This document shows, piece by piece, positions 57,701-64,000 of a stretch of DNA of 64,000 bases. Every line of letters begins with the position of its first letter. Positions within the stretch are counted from its first letter, which is position 1. Source of the DNA: Azolla caroliniana (lineage: Eukaryota > Plantae > Polypodiophyta); the NCBI GenBank assembly GCA_043228905.1, contig JBHGNT010000154.1:401-64400 (forward strand), read 5' to 3'. The notes beneath the pieces were generated by a model. It searched no databases. It worked only from the letters and a program-made list of their open reading frames with translations, and was not told the origin of the DNA. Position numbers and translations under genes: made by a program.

Positions 57701-59416
57701 ACACGAGCCAGGTATGAACAGTTTAATTTACTCAAGGGCTCCTCTCAACTCCTTCCTCAAGTTTGCTAATTTCGTCATGTCTCTCGACCTGACTTTCAAA
57801 ATCTTGATTTTTTAATTCCATATCATAGCTAGCGTTGTTAGCTTCGATTCGCATGTTTGAACACAAAAATCCGATATCACACGAGCCAGGTATGAACATT
57901 TTAATTTACTCAAGGACTCCTCTCAACTCCTTCCTCAAGTTTGCTAATTTCGTCATGTCTCTCGACCTGAGTTTCAAACTCTGGATTTTTAAATTCCATA
58001 TCATAGCTAGCGTTGTTAGCTTCGATTCGCATGTTTGAACACAAAAATCCGATATCACACGAGCCAGGTATAAACATTTTAATTTACTCAAGGGCTCCTC
58101 TCAACTCCTTCCTCAAGTTTGCTAATTTCGTCATGTCTCTCGACCTAAGTTTCATAGCCCTCCTCAAGCGTTGTTACCTAGCGTTGTTACCTTCGACTCG
58201 CATGTTTGAACACAAAAATCCGATATCACACGAGCCAGGTATGAACAGTTTAATTTACTCAAGGGCTCCTCTCAACTCCTTCCTCAAGTTTGCTAATTTC
58301 GTCATGTCTCTCGACCTGACTTTCAAAATCTTGATTTTTTAATTCCATATCATAGCTAGCGTTGTTAGCTTCGATTCGCATGTTTGAACACAAAAATCCG
58401 GTATCACACGAGCCAGGTATGAACATTTTAATTTACTCAAGGACTCCTCTCAACTCCTTCCTCAAGTTTGCTAATTTCGTCATGTCTCTCGACCTGAGTT
58501 TCAAAACCTTGATTTTTTAATTCCATATCATAGCTAGCATTGTTAGCTTCGATTCGCATGTTTGAACACAAAAATCCGATATAACACGAGCCAGGTATGA
58601 ACATTTTAATTTACTCAAGGACTCCTCTCAACTCCTTCCTCAAGTTTGCTAATTTCGTCATGTCTCTCGACCTGAGTTTCAAAATCTGGATTTTTAAATT
58701 CCATATCATAGCTAGCGTTGTTAGCTTCGATTCGCATGTTTGAACACAAAAATCCGATATCACACGAGCCAGGTATAAACATTTTAATTTACTCAAGGGC
58801 TCCTCTCAACTCCTTCCTCAAGTTTGCTAATTTCGTCATGTCTCTCGACCTGAGTTTCAAAACCTTGATTTTTTAATTCCATATCATAGCTAGCATTGTT
58901 AGCTTCGATTCGCATGTTTGAACACAAAAATCCGATATAACACGAGCCAGGTATGAACATTTTAATTTACTCAAGGACTCCTCTCAACTCCTTCCTCAAG
59001 TTTGCTAATTTCGTCATGTCTCTCGACCTGAGTTTCAAAATCTGGATTTTTAAATTCCATATCATAGCTAGCGTTGCTAGCTTCGATTCGCATGTTTGAA
59101 CACAAAAATCCGATATCACACGAGCCAGGTATGAACATTTTAATTTACTCAAGGACTCCTCTCAACTCCTTCCTCAAGTTTGCTAATTTCGTCATGTCTC
59201 TCGACCTGAGTTTCAAACTCTGGATTTTTAAATTCCATATCATAGCTAGCGTTGTTAGCTTCGATTCGCATGTTTGAACACAAAAATCCGATATCACACG
59301 AGCCAGGTATAAACATTTTAATTTACTCAAGGGCTCCTCTCAACTCCTTCCTCAAGTTTGCTAATTTCGTCATGTCTCTCGACCTAAGTTTCATAGCCCT
59401 CCTCAAGCGTTGTTAC
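38994..59416 (+). repeat. 171-bp variant monomer, 11 copies; the 23-bp insert starts at 38994, 40945, 42718, 44669, 46798, 48215, 49454, 54609, 56738, 58155 and 59394
   Basis: TAGCCCTCCTCAAGCGTTGTTAC (23 bp) replaces the 30-bp AAATCTTGATTTTTTAATTCCATATCATAG segment. Spacings between copies are n x 178 - 7, with n = 11, 10, 11, 12, 8, 7, 29, 12, 8, 7. Confidence 0.93.
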
Positions 59417-62400
59417 CTAGCGTTGTTACCTTCGACTCGCATGTTTGAACACAAAAATCCGATATCACACGAGCCAGGTATGAACAGTTTAATTTACTCA
59501 AGGGCTCCTCTCAACTCCTTCCTCAAGTTTGCTAATTTCGTCATGTCTCTCGACCTGACTTTCAAAATCTTGATTTTTTAATTCCATATCATAGCTAGCG
59601 TTGTTAGCTTCGATTCGCATGTTTGAACACAAAAATCCGATATCACACGAGCCAGGTATGAACATTTTAATTTACTCAAGGACTCCTCTCAACTCCTTCC
59701 TCAAGTTTGCTAATTTCGTCATGTCTCTCGACCTGAGTTTCAAAACCTTGATTTTTTAATTCCATATCATAGCTAGCATTGTTAGCTTCGATTCGCATGT
59801 TTGAACACAAAAATCCGATATAACACGAGCCAGGTATGAACATTTTAATTTACTCAACGACTCCTCTCAACTCCTTCCTCAAGTTTGCTAATTTCGTCAT
59901 GTCTCTCGACCTGAGTTTCAAAATCTGGATTTTTAAATTCCATATCATAGCTAGCGTTGTTAGCTTCGATTCGCATGTTTGAACACAAAAATCCGATATC
60001 ACACGAGCCAGGTATAAACATTTTAATTTACTCAAGGGCTCCTCTCAACTCCTTCCTCAAGTTTGCTAATTTCGTCATGTCTCTCGACCTGAGTTTCAAA
60101 ACCTTGATTTTTTAATTCCATATCATAGCTAGCATTGTTAGCTTCGATTCGCATGTTTGAACACAAAAATCCGATATAACACGAGCCAGGTATGAACATT
60201 TTAATTTACTCAAGGACTCCTCTCAACTCCATCCTCAAGTTTGCTAATTTCGTCATGTCTCTCGACCTGAGTTTCAAAATCTGGATTTTTAAATTCCATA
60301 TCATAGCTAGCGTTGCTAGCTTCGATTCGCATGTTTGAACACAAAAATCCGATATCACACGAGCCAGGTATAAACAGTTTAATTTACTCAAGGGCTCCTC
60401 TCAACTCCCTCCTCAAGTTTGCTATTTTCGTCATGTCTCTCGACCTGAGTTTCAAAATCTTGATTTTTAAATTCCATATCATAGCTAGCGTTGTTACCTT
60501 CGACTCGCATGTTTGAACACAAAAATCCGATATCACACGAGCCAGGTATGAACATTTTAATTTACTCAAGGACTCCTCTCAACTCCTTCCTCAAGTTTGC
60601 TAATTTCGTCATGTCTCTCGACCTGAGTTTCAAAACCTTGATTTTTTAATTCCATATCATAGCTAGCATTGTTAGCTTCGATACGCATGTTTGAACACAA
60701 AAATCCGATATCACACGAGCCAGGTATGAACATTTTAATTTACTCAAGGACTCCTCTCAACTCCTTCCTCAAGTTTGCTAATTTCGTCATGTCTCTCGAC
60801 CTAAGTTTCAAAACCTTGATTTTTTAATTCCATATCATAGCTAGCATTGTTAGCTTCGATTCGCATGTTTGAACACAAAAATCCGATATCACACGAGCCA
60901 GGTATGAACATTTTAATTTACTCAAGGACTCCTCTCAACCCCTTCCTCAAGTTTGCTAATTTCGTCATGTCTCTCGACCTGAGTTTCAAAATCTGGATTT
61001 TTAAATTCCATATCATAGCTAGCGTTGTTAGCTTCGATTCGCATGTTTGAACACAAAAATTCGATATCACACGAGCGAGGTATAAACATTTTAATTTACC
61101 TACTAGCTCTTCTCAACTCCCTCCTCAAATTTGGTAATTTCGTCAGGTCTCTCGACCTGAGTTTCAAAATCCTGATTTTTTAATTCCATATCATAGCTAG
61201 CGTTGTTAGCTTCGATTCGCATGTTTGAACACAAAAATCCGATATCACACGAGCCAGGTATGAACAGTTTAATTTACTCAAGGGCTCCTCTCAACTCCCT
61301 CCTCAAGTTTGCTATTTTCGTCATGTCTCTCGACCTGAGTTTCAAAATCTTGATTTTTTAATTCCATATCATAGCTAGCGTTGTTAGCTTCGATTCGCAT
61401 GTTTGAACACAAAAATCCGATATCACACGAGCCAGGTATGAACATTTTAATTTACTTAAGGGCTCCTCTCAACTCCCTTCTCAAGTTTGCTATTTTCGTC
61501 ATGTCTCTCGACCTGAGTTTCAAAATCTGGATTTTTAAATTCCATATCATAGCTAGCGTTGTTAGCTTCGATTCGCATGTTTGAACACAAAAATCCGATA
61601 TCACACGAGCCAGGTATGAACATTTTAATTTACTCAAGGGCTCCTCTCAACTCCTTCCTCAAGTTTGCTAATTTCGTCATGTCTCTCGACTTGAGTTTCA
61701 AAACCTTGATTTTTTAATTCCATATCATAGCTAGCATTGTTAGCTTCGATTCGCATGTTTGAACACAAAAATCCGATATAACACGAGCCAGGTATGAACA
61801 TTTTAATTTACTCAAGGACTCCTCTCAACTCCTTCCTCAAGTTTGCTAATTTCGTCATGTCTCTCGACCTGAGTTTCAAAATCTTGATTTTTTAATTCCA
61901 TATCATAGCTAGCGTTGTTAGCTTCGATTCGCATGTTTGAACACAAAAATCCGATATCACACAAGCCAGGTATGAACATTTTAATTTACCTACTAGCTCT
62001 TCTCAACTCCCTCCTCAAATTTGGTAATTTCATCAGATCTCTCGACCTGAGTTTCAATATCCTGATTTTTTAATTCCATATCATAGCTAGCGTTGTTAGC
62101 TTCGATTCGCATGTTTAAACACAAAAATCCGATATCACACGAGCCAGGTATGAACATTTTAATTTACTCAAGGGCTCGTCTCAACTCCCTCCTCAAGTTT
62201 GCTAATTTCGTCATGTCTCTCGACCTGAGTTTCAAAACCCGTATTTTTTAATTCCATATCATAGCTAGCATTGTTAGCTTCGATCCGCATGTTTGAACAC
62301 AAAAATCCGATATCACACGAGCCAGGTATGAACATTTTAATTTACTCAAGGACTCCTCTCAACTCCTTCCTCAAGTTTGCTAATTTCGTCATGTCTCTCG

Positions 62401-62722
62401 ACCTGAGTTTCAAAATCTTGATTTTTTAATTCCATATCATAGCTAGCGTTGTTAGCTTCGATTCGCATGTTTGAACACAAAAATCCGATATCACACAAGC
62501 CAGGTATGAACATTTTAATTTACCTACTAGCTCTTCTCAACTCCCTCCTCAAATTTGGTAATTTCGTCAGGTCTCTCGACCTGAGTTTCAATATCCTGAT
62601 TTTTTAATTCCATATCATAGCTAGCGTTGTTAGCTTCGATTCGCATGTTTAAACACAAAAATCCGATATCACACGAGCCAGGTATGAACAGTTTAATTTA
62701 CTCAAGGGCTCCTCTCAACTCC
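42772..62722 (+). repeat. 56-monomer (9,940-bp) apparently identical tandem duplication: 42772-52711 and 52712-62651, with identity extending to 62722
   Basis: All ORFs from 43530 to 51512 recur at +9940 (56x178-28). Private SNPs are shared at 46944/56884, 48461/58401, 49918/59858, 50291/60231, 51121/61061 and 52300/62240. Confidence 0.92.
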
Positions 62723-64000
62723 CTCCTCAAGTTTGCTATTTTCGTCATGTCTCTCGACCTGAGTTTCAAAATCTTGATTTTTTAATTCCATATGATAGCT
62801 AGCGTTGTTACCTTCGATTTGCATGTTTGAACACAAAAATCCGATATCACACGAGCCAGGTATGAACATTTTAATTTACTCAAGGGCTCCTCTCAACTCC
62901 CTCCTCAAATTTGCTAATTTCGTCATGTCTCTCGACCTGAGTTTCAAAATCCTGATTTTTTAATTCCATATCATAGCTAGGGTTGTTACCTTCGATTCGC
63001 ATGTTTGAATACAAAAATCCGATATCACACGAGCCAGGTATGAACATTTTAATTTACTCAAGGGCTCCTCTCAACTCCCTCCTCAAATTTGCGAATTTCG
63101 TCATCTCTCTCGACCTGAGTTTCAAAATCTTGATTTTTTAATTCCATATCATAGGTAGGGTTGTTAGCTTCGATTGGCATGTTTGAACACATAAATCCGA
63201 TATGACACGAACCAGGTATGAATATTTTAATTTTACCTACTAGCTCTTCTCAACTCCCTCCTCAAGTTTGCTAATTTCGTCATGTGTCTCGACCTGAGTT
63301 TCAAAATCTTAATTTTTCTCATTCCATATCATAGCTAGCATTGTTAGCTTCGATTCGCATGTTTGAACACAAAAATCCGATATCAGACGAGCCAGGTATG
63401 AACATTTTAATTTACTCAAGGGCTCCTCTCAACTCCCTCCTCAAGTTTGCTAATTTCCTCATTTCTCTCAACGTGAGTTTCAAAATCTTGATTTTTTAAT
63501 TCCATATCATAACTAGCGTTGTTAGCTTCGATTCGCATGTTTTAGCACAAAAATCTGATATCACACGAGCCAGATATGAACATTTTAATTTACTCAAGGG
63601 CTCCTCTCAACTCCTTCCTCAAGTTTGCTAATTTCGTCATGTCTCTCGACTTGAGTTTCAAAAATCTGGATTTTTTAATTCCATGTCATAGCTAGGGTTG
63701 TTAGCTCTGATTCGCATGTTTGAACACAAAAATCCGATATCACACGAGCCAGGTATGAACATTTTAATTTACTCAACGGCTCCTCTCAACTCCCTCCTCA
63801 AGTTTGCTATTTTCGTCATGTCTCTCGACCTGCGTTTCAAAACCTTAATTTTTTAATTCCATATCATAGCTAGCGTTGTTAGCTTCGATTCGCATGTTTG
63901 AACACAAAAATCCGATATCACACGAGCCAGGTATGAACATTTTAATTTACTCAAGGACTCCTCTCAACTCCTTCCTCAAGTTTGCTAATTCCGTCATGTC
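62723..64000 (+). repeat. More diverged satellite monomers with many private SNPs and several 1-bp insertions
   Basis: Examples are TATGATAGC, GATTTGCATG, GAATAC, ATAGGTAGGG, GATTGGCATG, TATCAGACG and TTTAGCAC, with extra bases near 63231, 63318, 63661 and 63991. Confidence 0.85.

Larger units (their letters stand above)
551..64000 (+). repeat. Tandem satellite array, 178-bp monomer, about 356 copies; likely plant centromeric, pericentromeric or subtelomeric satellite
   Basis: Continuous head-to-tail repeats. Equivalent ORF starts differ by multiples of 178 (356, 534, 712, 1246, 1602, 4450) except across the indel junctions listed separately. Plant origin and chromosomal role are inferred from the nucleosome-sized monomer and the CCCTAAA insertion. 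Confidence 0.98.

Noticed and set aside
38852-59581. Recurrent 109-aa ORF (11 copies)
   Set aside because: It is a read-through caused by the 171-bp variant (a multiple of 3) losing its stop-containing segment, and the peptide is just the repeat translated twice. It is useful only as a marker.
881-61637. Many 61-67 aa ORFs on both strands (MLASIRMFEHK..., MSKLKCSYLAR..., MFIPGSC...)
   Set aside because: Each spans about one monomer and appears or disappears with single SNPs that remove a stop. Most start at TTG-type codons, they overlap on opposite strands, and they show no recognisable domain.
1-64000. CRISPR array or other prokaryotic repeat-spacer system
   Set aside because: There are no unique spacers (the whole unit repeats) and no cas or other genes.
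1-64000. 5S rDNA, tRNA or snRNA tandem gene array
   Set aside because: I recognise no 5S, tRNA or snRNA sequence, cloverleaf or Pol III box in the monomer.
1-64000. Assignment to Arabidopsis thaliana CEN178 or Brassica CentBr
   Set aside because: Only the length is similar. The hallmark sequence and regular HindIII site are missing; I saw AAGCTT only once, at 283-288, as a variant.

Overview
The whole 64-kb window is one tandem satellite array: about 360 copies of a 178-bp monomer (consensus approx. GAACACAAAAATCCGATATCACACGAGCCAGGTATGAACATTTTAATTTACTCAAGGACTCCTCTCAACTCCTTCCTCAAGTTTGCTAATTTCGTCATGTCTCTCGACCTGAGTTTCAAAACCTTGATTTTTTAATTCCATATCATAGCTAGCGTTGTTAGCTTCGATTCGCATGTTT). It is probably a plant centromeric, pericentromeric or subtelomeric satellite; I cannot name the family, and it does not resemble Arabidopsis CEN178 as I know it. 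I see no real genes, transposons or RNA genes, and every listed ORF is a by-product of the repeat. The informative signal lies in four places where the 178-bp register breaks. (1) The array switches strand at 551. (2) At 17962-17973, 37 bp of monomer are replaced by plant-type telomere sequence (CCCTAAA)2, with the polarity and TTT priming expected for telomerase addition; this sits exactly at the junction of a multi-kb duplication. (3) There is a blunt 82-bp duplication or 96-bp deletion at 29543/29544. (4) A 171-bp variant monomer carries a patchwork templated insertion of the polymerase-theta type and has been amplified to 11 copies. Junctions 1-3 each have one end within 4 bp of the same monomer position (GAACAC|AAAAAT). 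Nested higher-order repeats and block duplications (2, 4, 7, 21, 25 and 56 monomers) are layered on top, including an apparently identical 9,940-bp tandem duplication. All comparisons were made by eye and by ORF-coordinate arithmetic, not by alignment software.
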